64,000 nt of DNA, from positions 8,450 to 72,449 of IMG/VR virus record IMGVR_UViG_3300050156_000193; one strand, given 5' to 3'. Shown piece after piece: positions 26,989-36,810 of this stretch (positions within the stretch are counted from its first letter, which is position 1; every line of letters begins with the position of its first letter). Source of the stretch: a virus (lineage: Duplodnaviria > Caudoviricetes). The notes under the pieces are model-generated. The model was given only the letters and a program-made list of their open reading frames with translations. It had not been told where the DNA came from and did not search any database. The translations under genes were made by a program, and so were the position numbers.

Positions 26989-29900
26989 TCAATCTTCTTT
27001 TTCAGCTTCAACTTCGTCTTCGATCACAGGCCTTGCTTTAAGAGAGTTCACTTGGATGGAGCGTAGCTTTTTCCCAGATTCGATATCATGCAAATGAAAG
27101 GTGTCCCCTTGCTTCTTAACCCCGATCTTTCCGTAAGCAATCCCTTCGAATTCCTTAGTAGATAAACCGAGAATAGACTTGATAGGTCTTTCCATCAAAG
27201 GATTGGCAATAGGCTCACTCAGAGAGTAATGCCCCCATTTGTTACCTCTCATGCCTCCTAGGATGGCAGGGTCAAACAGGCCTCCCTTTTCCGGCTCCAA
27301 GTTCTTTGCGGAAATCATAGAGGGCTCCTTAACCTCGCCATTAGACATAGACAGAATATCCTTATCCGTCAAGGGGGACGCCGTCAAGGTTCCATTACTG
27401 AGCGTAGTTTTAATCCCTGCAGCGGTCAAGTAATTGATGAACTTTTGAGTTGCAAAAGTAACCTTAGGCTTTGGCAAAGGTTGACCTGTCAAGAACTTAT
27501 CCCAGTACTCAGGGCTATTTTCACTCTTAGTGGTGGCAATTTCTTTCAAGTTCTTTCGGGCATTCGATCCCATCAGGCCTAGCATTTCCATATAACCAAC
27601 GCTCTTAGACCCCTCTTCTCCACCCTTACTAGGTTGACCGTTAGCATCGTAGCTTCCTGTATTTCTAGCAGACCAGTTCTGGTCCGAGGTCTTGTAGAGT
27701 TTCAGGAAATACTGAGGACCGTTCAGGACTTTGCCTAACACTTTTTGAGTGGTAGGGTCTACCAGTTCTTCTGAGTCTTGAAGACCGTGGGCTTCCAGTT
27801 CCTTTTTTAGCCCGACAACGTTAGAAGCCTTGCTGAAGTTGTGGATTAAGTAAGGAGTTCCAGTTTTCTTAGCAATCTTTGCAGCAGCAGTTTCCATAAG
27901 CTGACCAAGATTCACTCGAGAAGTTACTGATGCAGGATTCAGTAGGATATCAACCGGCTTACCCTCACCTTTAAGGTAAGGCATTTCATGGTCTTCCAGG
28001 ATCAGGGATACGATCCCCTTATTGCCGTGAAGGCCGGTCAGCTTGTCCCCAACCTCTAGGTGCTTCACAGACCTGATGATAAAACGAACCTGACGGCTTG
28101 CTGTATGAGCGTCCACCACCTCTCCGTTTTCTTCATGGTTCCAGGGCTCCATAACAAGCCTATAAGGGGTCACCAAGGTCTTATGGAGTCTGCCTAGCAT
28201 CTTATCCTCAGGAGTCGGCTCCTTGTGTTCTAAGACGGCATATACAGGGTCCCCATGCTTAAGGATTGCACCCTGCTTAGCAAAGCCTCGATCATCTAAG
28301 TTATCAAGCTGCTCGCGGGTGATCTTACCTGGGAAATATCTAGCAATCAGAGACTTCTTAGGCACAGACATTTCGTTGATTTCGTAGTCAACCTTATAAG
28401 CATGGTGACTGGACAAACTCTGAGCTGCGCTTCTGCTAATAACCAATCCGTCCTCGTGGTTATAACCCTTCCACGGAATGTAAGCTGCATGAAGGTTTCT
28501 ACCTAAAGCCAAGGTACCGTCTTTAGTGTAGTTACTATCAAACAGGACTGTTCCAGGCTTAACTCGATCTCCAACTTTCACCAAAGGCTTTTCGTCATCG
28601 TGAAAGCCCTTCATATTGAAAGGTAGATTCTTGACAGCTTGGATTGTTTCCTTTTTACCATCCGGGGTTTGAATAACGACCTTCAATCCGTCCACGGCAG
28701 TAATAACCCCCTCCACCGGAGAAGTCGTCCCTACTACGGCTGCAAGCTGTTTGGCAAAAGAAACCCCATGTTCATTCACTGTTTGAACCAGAGGAGCTTC
28801 TCTGTTTACCAAGCTCAATGCTTGGGGGATAGCTTTGCCAGCCATGGTCAAGCGCCCTGGGTGGTTACTATTCAGGAATGGGACCAGATTAGTGGTCACC
28901 GTATACATGTCAGTAGTATCTGCTAACCAATAGTCGATGTCTTTTGCAGGACACTTCCCAAGTTCTCCATGTATTTGAGCCTGAACCTCCTTCATTCCAT
29001 CTTGGTGGGGGAATCCGATGTTCTTTGTCATCATCTCATGGACGCTGAGGAAATGGTACTTACCAGAGTTATCCTTTACTCGTGAGTAAAGGTTCCCCTC
29101 CTCGTCTCTACGTGCAGTCACCGTGAATCGCTGGTCGATACCCGCATGACCGCTTTCCGGAGTACGGCTAGGGTCAATAATGCCTAAGTGGGACGGGTCA
29201 ATGTCTCGGGCAGACATCGGTACTCCTCTGTCAGAGGCAATACCCCCCTCTCCTGCACCCAGTACCGTTACCTTAGCGACGTTTTCAACTGACTCGATAG
29301 GGTTGGTTTCTGACGGAGTAGAGACTAGATTACTATCCATCAAGTAATTAGAGAAGAACTTGTTGAAGGGCTTAGGAACCATACTCCCTTTTAGCTTAGG
29401 CTTCAAAGGGTCCATTCGGTCCAATTCACGGACTACTCTACCCTTCACTAGCTTAACGACCTGATGTTCCTTGGCAAACCGAGTCTTTAAAAAGTCTGGG
29501 AGGTTCTGTACTCTCTTGAACTGTAGAGAGTCCCGATTGTCTTCTTGACGTTTACCAGAGTGAGTATCGACGAGGTTCTTCAAGGAAAGGAGGATGGCGT
29601 CGTGATTGACTCCAACCAGAGCCTTACCTAAGGTTGACTGAGTTGTTTGCGGGTGCAGAGAAGACTCCTCTAGGGACTTCTTTAGTTGCATCGCCATCCC
29701 TTCCGGGGAAGCATTTGCTTCTTGCTTAGAAGTGGAAACCATTCTGTGATAAATATCACTCAAGTACTTGTTTTCTTTACCTTTGACAAAAGCCAGATTA
29801 TCATTCCACACTTCAGGAGGGACGTAGTTACTAACTTCTTTCGGCCCAATACCAAAGACCTTTGTTAATAGCGGGGCTGCAGGAATTTTTGAGCTACCAA

Positions 29901-30393
29901 CTTCTAGGTAAAAGATCCCGGTTTGCGGCTCCAAGGTTAGAGAAAAGCTGCGGCCAGTACCCGTGTTAAAGTGGCTCTCCAGCTCCCCAGTGTCCCGAAA
30001 GCGGGTGTATACGCCTGGGCGAAGTTGAAGCTGATTTGCAACCGAGTAGTTGTTCCCCTTGTAGACAAGGGTATGCTTCCCAGTTAAATGAAAAGAGTCC
30101 ATCAACGTAAAGTCTTGATGGGTATCCAGGACCTTACCGGTGAGCTTATCCACTAACTTTAGGTCTGCTTTGATAGGGTAGGTGAGGCTGCGACTCTCCA
30201 GGATCGCCTTCTTCTCATCCCCATGTCCAATAGGGTTTCTCTCAGCCCGCACATTATCGATCTCTAGGCGAAACTGTTTCCCCTCAATCGGGAATTGATT
30301 CTTCAGCCCATGAATCAGAGCGGAGTCGACTCTTTCACTGACTTCATCAGGAGATGAAAAGATCCGCGTTAGGCTTTCAGCTGAGGTAGGCAT
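26989..30393 (-). CDS. rpoB: RNA polymerase beta subunit fused to beta' N-terminal segment
   Basis: QLQLRPGVY, PSRTPESGHAG, GYNHEDG, GDKLTGLHGNKG, DILLNPASVTSRVNLGQ, YFLKL; last 132 aa carry LTASP...NGEVK...GLFDP...WGHYSL (beta' region A). Confidence 0.92.
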   Translation of the reverse strand: MPTSAESLTRIFSSPDEVSERVDSALIHGLKNQFPIEGKQFRLEIDNVRAERNPIGHGDEKKAILESRSLTYPIKADLKLVDKLTGKVLDTHQDFTLMDSFHLTGKHTLVYKGNNYSVANQLQLRPGVYTRFRDTGELESHFNTGTGRSFSLTLEPQTGIFYLEVGSSKIPAAPLLTKVFGIGPKEVSNYVPPEVWNDNLAFVKGKENKYLSDIYHRMVSTSKQEANASPEGMAMQLKKSLEESSLHPQTTQSTLGKALVGVNHDAILLSLKNLVDTHSGKRQEDNRDSLQFKRVQNLPDFLKTRFAKEHQVVKLVKGRVVRELDRMDPLKPKLKGSMVPKPFNKFFSNYLMDSNLVSTPSETNPIESVENVAKVTVLGAGEGGIASDRGVPMSARDIDPSHLGIIDPSRTPESGHAGIDQRFTVTARRDEEGNLYSRVKDNSGKYHFLSVHEMMTKNIGFPHQDGMKEVQAQIHGELGKCPAKDIDYWLADTTDMYTVTTNLVPFLNSNHPGRLTMAGKAIPQALSLVNREAPLVQTVNEHGVSFAKQLAAVVGTTSPVEGVITAVDGLKVVIQTPDGKKETIQAVKNLPFNMKGFHDDEKPLVKVGDRVKPGTVLFDSNYTKDGTLALGRNLHAAYIPWKGYNHEDGLVISRSAAQSLSSHHAYKVDYEINEMSVPKKSLIARYFPGKITREQLDNLDDRGFAKQGAILKHGDPVYAVLEHKEPTPEDKMLGRLHKTLVTPYRLVMEPWNHEENGEVVDAHTASRQVRFIIRSVKHLEVGDKLTGLHGNKGIVSLILEDHEMPYLKGEGKPVDILLNPASVTSRVNLGQLMETAAAKIAKKTGTPYLIHNFSKASNVVGLKKELEAHGLQDSEELVDPTTQKVLGKVLNGPQYFLKLYKTSDQNWSARNTGSYDANGQPSKGGEEGSKSVGYMEMLGLMGSNARKNLKEIATTKSENSPEYWDKFLTGQPLPKPKVTFATQKFINYLTAAGIKTTLSNGTLTASPLTDKDILSMSNGEVKEPSMISAKNLEPEKGGLFDPAILGGMRGNKWGHYSLSEPIANPLMERPIKSILGLSTKEFEGIAYGKIGVKKQGDTFHLHDIESGKKLRSIQVNSLKARPVIEDEVEAEKED

Positions 30394-30710
30394 TACTCCG
30401 TCTCCTCCATATACTGAATCAAGATCATGAGTTTCTCCATGAAGATAAACTCCTTTTTACTAAGCACGAATGTCCCTTGGTTACGAATAGCCCGAGTCTC
30501 AATCAGCTCCAGCTCTGTAATATCGGAGGGATTGTCCATATCCAATTTCTGATATCGAATACGGTAGTTATCCATTGACTTCTCAGTCTTACGCTTTCCC
30601 GCCAGGATATCTGGAAGAGCGGCAGGGTCGTTAAAAACAGTGCCCTTTTCAGGCTTAGCATCCAAGTTAGCAAGCGAAGAGAGTGACGGTGAGTTTAAAG
30701 AAGTAGCCAT
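30393..30710 (-). CDS. Small hypothetical protein translationally coupled to beta
   Basis: TAA overlaps the beta ATG. Confidence 0.6.
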   Translation of the reverse strand: MATSLNSPSLSSLANLDAKPEKGTVFNDPAALPDILAGKRKTEKSMDNYRIRYQKLDMDNPSDITELELIETRAIRNQGTFVLSKKEFIFMEKLMILIQYMEETE

Positions 30711-30752
30711 TGAGGTTTTTTCAAAAATAGTAGTTGGCAGACGCGCTTGTGC

Positions 30753-32570
30753 TTACATTGCCGGTGCAGCGCTTTGATCGGGCGGGGCACCACCCACTTC
30801 AGTAGTCCCAGCCTCCCCTATATTAGGGGGAGGGGTCGTGCTTTGAGCCAAAGCCTGCTGCTGCATTTCTGATTGTACTTGATGAGTCTGATTTGTGCGA
30901 CCTTCTTCTACAAGTTTCGAGACCATCAGCCACTTGGCGTAGTCCTGAACCTGCAACTGATTGAGCACAGTCCGGGTAGTAGTAGGGTCTGCATTGATCA
31001 GCTGTTCAGCAATTTGCTGACATTCAGTCAAAGCGGACTGGTAAGAGTCATCCTTGGTGTTTTGCTTAGCAATGGCCAGGCCCTCAAGGTATTTAGCTTG
31101 CTCAACCGTAAATTGGATTCTGACGTCAGACTGAGCCTTCATCTTTGCATCCTTTTCGATTCGAACAAGCTCGTCTTCGTAAGACCTGCCTAGGGACTCA
31201 TATATAGTGGTCATAGACACATTCCCTCCCTGAGCGAGGTTCATTAAGACGCTCTTCAGGGCATCGTCATCAGTCAGCTGGAATGGGGTTAGTCCGATTT
31301 CACAGGGCTCCCAAGCCTGATACGCTGCAACCTTGGTGGTAATCCAATCCAGCAGCTCCTGGATTTGACCCACATAACTGCTAAGCGTATTTTTTAGCAT
31401 ACGCAAGCCGACAGTAGAGCTGGTCCAATTAGTAGAACCTGAGAGAAGCTCTCGACTGACCCCTAAGCTAAGCAGAAGCGATTCTTCTGCCTGGGCAATT
31501 TCTTGGTTAACCAGTAAGGTTTTCCCTTCCCCGCTGATAGCTTGATACCCTACTGGGAGAGGGGCAATGAGGACATGGTTATTGTCTTGCTTATGCTTAA
31601 CCATCGCCTCTTCCATTTTGGAGACGAAGTTTCGCATAGAGATAGCAGTGACCGGGTCAGAGTTCCCAGACTGGGCTTGAGGGAAGAGGACTCGCATCGG
31701 TGCCATGAAGTCCGTAGCGATGCTTTCGTTGGCCTTCCGAAGCGTGGCTTGGTAAAACACTAAGTTATAGTGACTGATCAGTGGGGGAATTGACACTCCG
31801 TTAACTGAAAAGCCTAGGTCTACGTTTCTGAGATGGAAGACATAGTCATCCTCAAATTGAAAGTCTTTCTGATCTTTGATCGCCTCGATAAACTCCCAAG
31901 GAATAGAGTCGATGAGGAGTCTATCCCCTGCCAAAACTCTACGCTTGATATCGTTAGGGACCTTGTAGTAGTACTGACTCTTACCTGTGATCGGGTTATG
32001 GTTGACGGTAATGTTCAGAGGGTCCCAAACGATCAAGTTCATGTCGTTCAGATTCGTAGACTTCGTGTCGTTACGAATGAACGTACCTGAACCTCCGCAC
32101 TTCGGGCAAGTTCCGCTCAGATTAAAGTCTCGATACTTTAGGAAATTGGCGGAGTTTGCACCATAGGCAGAAGCACAGTGAGGACAGGTGTAGGTCCGTG
32201 TAACTGGAAAGTGGATGCTGATAAACACATTCCCAATCGTGAAGTACTGGAAACCGATGTCGTGAAGAGCTGACTTGAGTCGAAAGCTCTTAGTCAACCG
32301 CTTATACCGATCTACTGTAGAAGGGTCGGTTGCAGAGTAGGTAAACTCGGTGATCGGGTAGGTAGCTAGCTTCCGTAAGACCTCTGTCGTTACAGGGCTG
32401 TGTAGGGTGATAAATCTTACCCAGCGAATGACATCGTTCAAGTTTCTAGGTAGAAACTGGTTACTGATCGAGAAAAAAGGGTTTCTAGTTTGAGCTTGGT
32501 TGGTAGCCCCGATGTTGGATTGCTGCCCTCCAAAACCTGGAGTTAGAGGTGGGTAATAGGTAGAGGTCAT
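30753..32570 (-). CDS. Portal protein with Zn-ribbon insertion
   Basis: 605 aa; IGFQYFTIGNVF, WDPLNI, GVSIPPL...LRKANESIA, LLLSLGVSRELLSG portal-like motifs; CPHC...CPKC. Confidence 0.7.
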   Translation of the reverse strand: MTSTYYPPLTPGFGGQQSNIGATNQAQTRNPFFSISNQFLPRNLNDVIRWVRFITLHSPVTTEVLRKLATYPITEFTYSATDPSTVDRYKRLTKSFRLKSALHDIGFQYFTIGNVFISIHFPVTRTYTCPHCASAYGANSANFLKYRDFNLSGTCPKCGGSGTFIRNDTKSTNLNDMNLIVWDPLNITVNHNPITGKSQYYYKVPNDIKRRVLAGDRLLIDSIPWEFIEAIKDQKDFQFEDDYVFHLRNVDLGFSVNGVSIPPLISHYNLVFYQATLRKANESIATDFMAPMRVLFPQAQSGNSDPVTAISMRNFVSKMEEAMVKHKQDNNHVLIAPLPVGYQAISGEGKTLLVNQEIAQAEESLLLSLGVSRELLSGSTNWTSSTVGLRMLKNTLSSYVGQIQELLDWITTKVAAYQAWEPCEIGLTPFQLTDDDALKSVLMNLAQGGNVSMTTIYESLGRSYEDELVRIEKDAKMKAQSDVRIQFTVEQAKYLEGLAIAKQNTKDDSYQSALTECQQIAEQLINADPTTTRTVLNQLQVQDYAKWLMVSKLVEEGRTNQTHQVQSEMQQQALAQSTTPPPNIGEAGTTEVGGAPPDQSAAPAM

Positions 32571-32837
32571 TCGAGTCTAGGGGGAGGTGGAAGGATTGAA
32601 TCTAAGATCAAAAGGTTTGGCTTGAAGAATTGTACTACGATTTTAGAGAAACTCAAAGCTCAACTTAAAATATCTAGGACTTGAAAAGTCGAAGACTGAT
32701 CGAAGTTCATGTGCAGAAGATGCCGGCCCGCTTCGGATTTCAATCCCCGTTGAGCTAGGATCGAACTTTGTTTAGAGCTTTGGATTTTCTACCCCCACAT
32801 TTTCCAGTAAACACTCCAGAATCCCCAGAACCCAAAA

Positions 32838-34055
32838 ATGAGTTACAAAAACATTGCCACCCTTACCTCTGCCCAGCAAGCTGCTGGGGTGACCGGCGTA
32901 GCTGGGGTGAAGTCTGACGGAAGTCTTATCGGACCTTCTGGAGCCCCGGTGTCAGCGGGCGGGATAAAGCGCGCCGAACTATCAACCGTGCGCGCTGCAG
33001 GCAACAGTTACGACGCAGGCGCGGGCGCAAGCACCACTACTAAGCGGTACACCTCGCTCGTGGCAGCGTCCAAGGGTTGGACAGAAATCAACATTGCGAC
33101 GGGCGGCTCAACCATTGCCGGATGGATGGACGCTCAAGTCGGAAGCGCCGTGGTGTTGGCTGGTGATAACTGGACGTTCAGCGGTTCGCTCAACGACCTG
33201 TGCAGATGCGGGCCGAGCCCGCTCAAACTGAAGCAGTTTGAGTCCTGCCTTTACGCATTGCTGTCGTTTTGCGCGATTCCTGACACCAAAAAGGTGTTCC
33301 CTGCGACCAATTCAGGTTCTTCGCAGCTAAACACAGCCCAAGTGACTTACACGCCTGGATCTGCTCAATGGCCCCTGATTTCGACAATTTTCGCGGGCAA
33401 GGCCGCCTATTCACGAATGTTCGTCTACAGCGCGACGAATGGAGCAACGGCCACTGCCACAGTCACGGGCGATACCGTGATGTTCTGGTATGGGCAGGTA
33501 ATCAACACCGCCTCCTATTACCTAGTCAGCGTTGACGGTGTGACTTACGGAAACGGGAAACTTGGCACGCAGCCGGTGGCTGATACATCCAAAGATGATG
33601 GCGGCTGGATGATGGCGTGCCAGCGAATCGGCGGGCTTTCGAATGGGCCACACACAGTGACTGTCACCGTAGTAGGGAGCACAAACGTGGTACTCGGGTG
33701 CTTTGCTGGATACGACTCCAAGAGCCTCATCGGTGCAAACGTGTACTGCGGCAACATCGTCCCGCTGACTGCAGCAGGCTGGACCGCGAACGTGGGCAAG
33801 AACGCTGCAGCTGCTGCAGTCACAGACGGCCAGTCATCTTGGCTGTATGAATCGACCGCATGCGGGCAGTGGAACAACGTGATTGCCAGTGTGTGCAACA
33901 GGCTCAAGTCCGAGGGGCTGAACGTCAACTTGGTGGACGTTGCGTCTGTGGTGAACATCCTCGGCGCTGATGCTGACAACATCCACCTGGCCGACCCACA
34001 ACACTGGCAATTCGCACAGCAAGTGCTCCGCGTCATCAATATGATCACGGTCTGA
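32838..34055 (+). CDS. SGNH/GDSL hydrolase-domain protein (possible tail spike/fibre esterase)
   Basis: AAGNSYDAG (block I), ATGGST (II), GDN (III), DNIH (V); GC-rich body after ~40 phage-like codons. Confidence 0.75.
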   Translation: MSYKNIATLTSAQQAAGVTGVAGVKSDGSLIGPSGAPVSAGGIKRAELSTVRAAGNSYDAGAGASTTTKRYTSLVAASKGWTEINIATGGSTIAGWMDAQVGSAVVLAGDNWTFSGSLNDLCRCGPSPLKLKQFESCLYALLSFCAIPDTKKVFPATNSGSSQLNTAQVTYTPGSAQWPLISTIFAGKAAYSRMFVYSATNGATATATVTGDTVMFWYGQVINTASYYLVSVDGVTYGNGKLGTQPVADTSKDDGGWMMACQRIGGLSNGPHTVTVTVVGSTNVVLGCFAGYDSKSLIGANVYCGNIVPLTAAGWTANVGKNAAAAAVTDGQSSWLYESTACGQWNNVIASVCNRLKSEGLNVNLVDVASVVNILGADADNIHLADPQHWQFAQQVLRVINMITV

Positions 34056-34154
34056 TTTCAACCCCCTGCCGGTGGGGATTGGGTTTTGAAAGATGCGCCA
34101 CCTGTGCGCCAGTGAGGAATGAGGTGGGGGATTGAGTTTTATTGTTTAGACGGG

Positions 34155-34181
34155 GACCTCGAAAGAGGTCTTTGTTTTTTT
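34155..34181 (+). terminator. Intrinsic terminator
   Basis: GACCTC-GAAA-GAGGTC-TTTGTTTTTTT. Confidence 0.8.
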
Positions 34182-34217
34182 AGCTCGTCTTAGCCCCAAC
34201 TAGGATATAATCCTACT

Positions 34218-35384
34218 ATGCTCTCCAACCCTGCTCGACCAGATCCTAACAAAGATGAAGGTACAGTTCTCCAAGTAGACGCCGTTCGTTGTCTTTGCAA
34301 AGTTAGAACCTTGAAAGGTCAAGTCCTAAGCCCTGTAAGTTGGACGACCTCTTTTGGGGGGTCTACTCGAGGTTCTGATCGAAGTACCCCTCACGTAGGA
34401 GATCGCGTTTTCCTAGACTTTGGGTTAGGGTACCCCGTCATCACAGGGTTTCTCCCCAAGCTGCAACTCGCAGACGGAGCTACTCCTTTAAGTATCAATT
34501 CAGGAGATGAATTGGTCGATACGGGTAGCTACAGCCCCAACGGATCCTCTACTAAAGGAGATCAGAACCGACCCTTAGATACCCTTCTAGGAGATAGGCT
34601 CTTCTCTTCAATAGGTGGAGCGTTCCTAGGTTTACTACGAGGTGGCTCAGTAGTATTGCGCTCTTCCAGAGTTTCCGAGATCTTCTTGTCAAAGTTCGAT
34701 AGCCTAGTCAGGGTAGTGTCCCGGAACTGGGAGCATTACACTGACGTAAGCTCGGAAATCATCCGAAATTACAAGGGTAGAGTCTATCAATACTCCGGGT
34801 ATGCTAGCACCTACCTTAAATCCAAGATCGAAGACTATAACCTACATTTCTATTACGGAGATGTGAAAGCTGCAGAAGCTGTTAAAACCAACATCCACTC
34901 CGGTCTAACTCCTCCTGCCCAGGACAGCATTATCTATAAAGAGCAGATCACCGACGCCCCTCCCGGGTCTGCTACTAGAGAGCTAATGCACAGAACCTTG
35001 AACCTTTCCGGGAATGAAGAAGTTTGGATTTTCAACGGTTCTCATTTTACCAGGGTAATAAGTACCGCAGAAGAACTTCGTTTAACTTGGAATGACCAAA
35101 ATATACTCTCTATCACAGAGACAAGTATCCATGCTTTTCACAAGGATGGGTCAGATCTGATCTTAGATTCTGCTGGGGTTAGAGCTTCGTTTAAAGATGG
35201 GTTAGTGAAGATAGAAGATGGGAAAACCTCAGTGAAGTACGGGGCTAGTAGTATAGAACTTACCACGTCCGGAATCACTGGTACTTCTGGATCAGGGGCG
35301 TACCAAGTAACCCCGACCCAAACCACGATTTCAAATAGTGGGCATCAGGTGACAGTAGGCCCTGGTGGGGTTAATATTAGCTAG
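34218..35384 (+). CDS. Baseplate spike/hub protein (gpV/gp5-like)
   Basis: N-terminal OB-fold-like segment (EGTVLQVD...CKVR...PHVGDRVFLDF...PVITGF) and C-terminal beta-strand repeats; TATAAT-N6-ATG start. Confidence 0.65.
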   Translation: MLSNPARPDPNKDEGTVLQVDAVRCLCKVRTLKGQVLSPVSWTTSFGGSTRGSDRSTPHVGDRVFLDFGLGYPVITGFLPKLQLADGATPLSINSGDELVDTGSYSPNGSSTKGDQNRPLDTLLGDRLFSSIGGAFLGLLRGGSVVLRSSRVSEIFLSKFDSLVRVVSRNWEHYTDVSSEIIRNYKGRVYQYSGYASTYLKSKIEDYNLHFYYGDVKAAEAVKTNIHSGLTPPAQDSIIYKEQITDAPPGSATRELMHRTLNLSGNEEVWIFNGSHFTRVISTAEELRLTWNDQNILSITETSIHAFHKDGSDLILDSAGVRASFKDGLVKIEDGKTSVKYGASSIELTTSGITGTSGSGAYQVTPTQTTISNSGHQVTVGPGGVNIS

Positions 35385-35412
35385 GCTTAGGGGTCGGGGT
35401 TGATTCGAGGGT

Positions 35413-35458
35413 AGTTGTAAATTCAATATTCACTGTATTTCTTGGTATAAGAATAGTA
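35413..35458 (+). promoter_or_regulatory. Class I phage promoter
   Basis: AGTTGTAAA-TTCAAT-N18-TATAAG-AATAGTA. Confidence 0.8.
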
Positions 35459-35505
35459 CAGAAGGAGACACCCCTTTCCACTTCTGAACCCCCAATATAG
35501 GAGCC

Positions 35506-35721
35506 TTGATGACAACCCCATTAAACATTCTCCCCGGCATGAACTCGGTGTGGTGCCCCTCCGCCAAGGGCGGCCCGGTGTGCAGGGTCATATGTATCGC
35601 CAATGAGGGCAGTATGGAAGAAGATTTCCCGGTGACTGTGGTGTACAGTGACTTGGAAGATTTCCTCACCCGGTCGCAACCCCTTCGGGACTGGGTTAAA
35701 AACATGATTGAAATCGTGTAG
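35506..35721 (+). CDS. Small hypothetical protein (DUF1653-like)
   Basis: VICIANE...VTVVYSD pattern; first gene after promoter. Confidence 0.45.
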   Translation: MMTTPLNILPGMNSVWCPSAKGGPVCRVICIANEGSMEEDFPVTVVYSDLEDFLTRSQPLRDWVKNMIEIV

Positions 35722-35775
35722 TAAGTAAACCCCTTAGGTGCCTAATACCCGGCACCTACTAAACCGGAGACTTCC

Positions 35776-36117
35776 ATGTCTGACCAATCTGTTCCCAGCT
35801 CTGATGACCTTTCACGTAACGTAGAAGATCTTCTCCGTGACGTGGAGAAGTTGCAAGGAAACAAGGCTGAAGCCTCTTACACGCAATCCCACCGGGTGTC
35901 TGACGATGAGGATGAAGTTGTTCACATCGAGATCAAGATTCAAGGGAATGAGGCTGCTGCGGCCCCGTCCTTGAATTCACTGATTGGAAGCGTTCGCCTA
36001 GGTAAGGATATCGTCCTTCCCATCGTTGGTTTCATCGCTGCCACCGCAGGTTTCTGCTTTGTGACAAACTACGCAGCCAAGAGTGGTGAGCTTCTTGGCA
36101 GCAAAATGTTTAAGTAG
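35776..36117 (+). CDS. Small membrane protein
   Basis: SD GGAG; C-terminal TM helix IVLPIVGFIAATAGFCFV. Confidence 0.65.
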   Translation: MSDQSVPSSDDLSRNVEDLLRDVEKLQGNKAEASYTQSHRVSDDEDEVVHIEIKIQGNEAAAAPSLNSLIGSVRLGKDIVLPIVGFIAATAGFCFVTNYAAKSGELLGSKMFK

Positions 36118-36198
36118 GCCGCCGTAACCCTTCCGCCTGCATCTGAGAAGCCTCCCTGTCCCCCGCCAATTCGGCAAACTTTCTTCAAAGGAAATTCC

Positions 36199-36498
36199 AT
36201 GTCTACGACTCAAACCCAAGACCAAACCCAAGACCAAACCCAAGACCAAACCCAAGACCAAACCCAAGACCAAACCCAAGACCAAACCCAAGACCAAACC
36301 CAAGACCAAACCCAAGCCCCCAAGATCCGCTCGGAGGAAGTCCAAATCTCTCCTCCCGCCTGGAGCGAGCGTCACCCCGCCCTGGCCTCCGTCCTGGCGG
36401 TGAGTTCGTTCGTAGCTGGGGTAGCCTTGATGGGCCTGGCTGCAGGATTCTCTGCTAAGGCAGGTGAAAATCTGGCCAATCGCCACTTTGGTGGCTAA
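36199..36498 (+). CDS. Small membrane protein with (QTQD)n repeat
   Basis: SD AAAGGA; TM helix LASVLAVSSFVAGVALMGL. Confidence 0.75.
   Translation: MSTTQTQDQTQDQTQDQTQDQTQDQTQDQTQDQTQDQTQAPKIRSEEVQISPPAWSERHPALASVLAVSSFVAGVALMGLAAGFSAKAGENLANRHFGG
36211..36318. repeat. 12-bp tandem repeat
   Basis: CAAACCCAAGAC x8 plus one variant unit. Confidence 0.95.
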
Positions 36499-36547
36499 GA
36501 TTTGGACTTGGGGGTAATTCCCCAAGTCTCTTTCCTGGAGATTTTCC

Positions 36548-36751
36548 ATGCAATACTTCGGATTCGGATTCATCATTATATGGGTCCGAGCCCTCATCGG
36601 TTGGGTTCTGAACCTCAATCACCTCTTTACTGCCGCGACCTCAGGTGGCACGTTGGCAAACCTTGGCGCCATCGTAATTCTTCAAATCTTCGGCGTCTTG
36701 GTCGCCCCAGTCGGGGCAGTGCTGGGATGGATCCAGGCCTTCACAGGTTGA
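36548..36751 (+). CDS. Small two-TM membrane protein
   Basis: SD GGAG; two hydrophobic helices. Confidence 0.65.
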   Translation: MQYFGFGFIIIWVRALIGWVLNLNHLFTAATSGGTLANLGAIVILQIFGVLVAPVGAVLGWIQAFTG

Positions 36752-36810
36752 CCTGGCCGATCTCTCAGCCTCCCTCCCTCTCAATTCACTCTTTTCTCAA
36801 AGGAACTCTC

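Noticed and set aside
26989-30393. Intein or intron in RNAP, portal or primase genes
   Set aside because: No LAGLIDADG or intein terminal motifs and no frame breaks; lengths are explained by domain content
36211-36318. Possible CRISPR array
   Set aside because: Contiguous 12-bp units with no spacers, in frame within a CDS; no repeat-spacer array seen anywhere in the window
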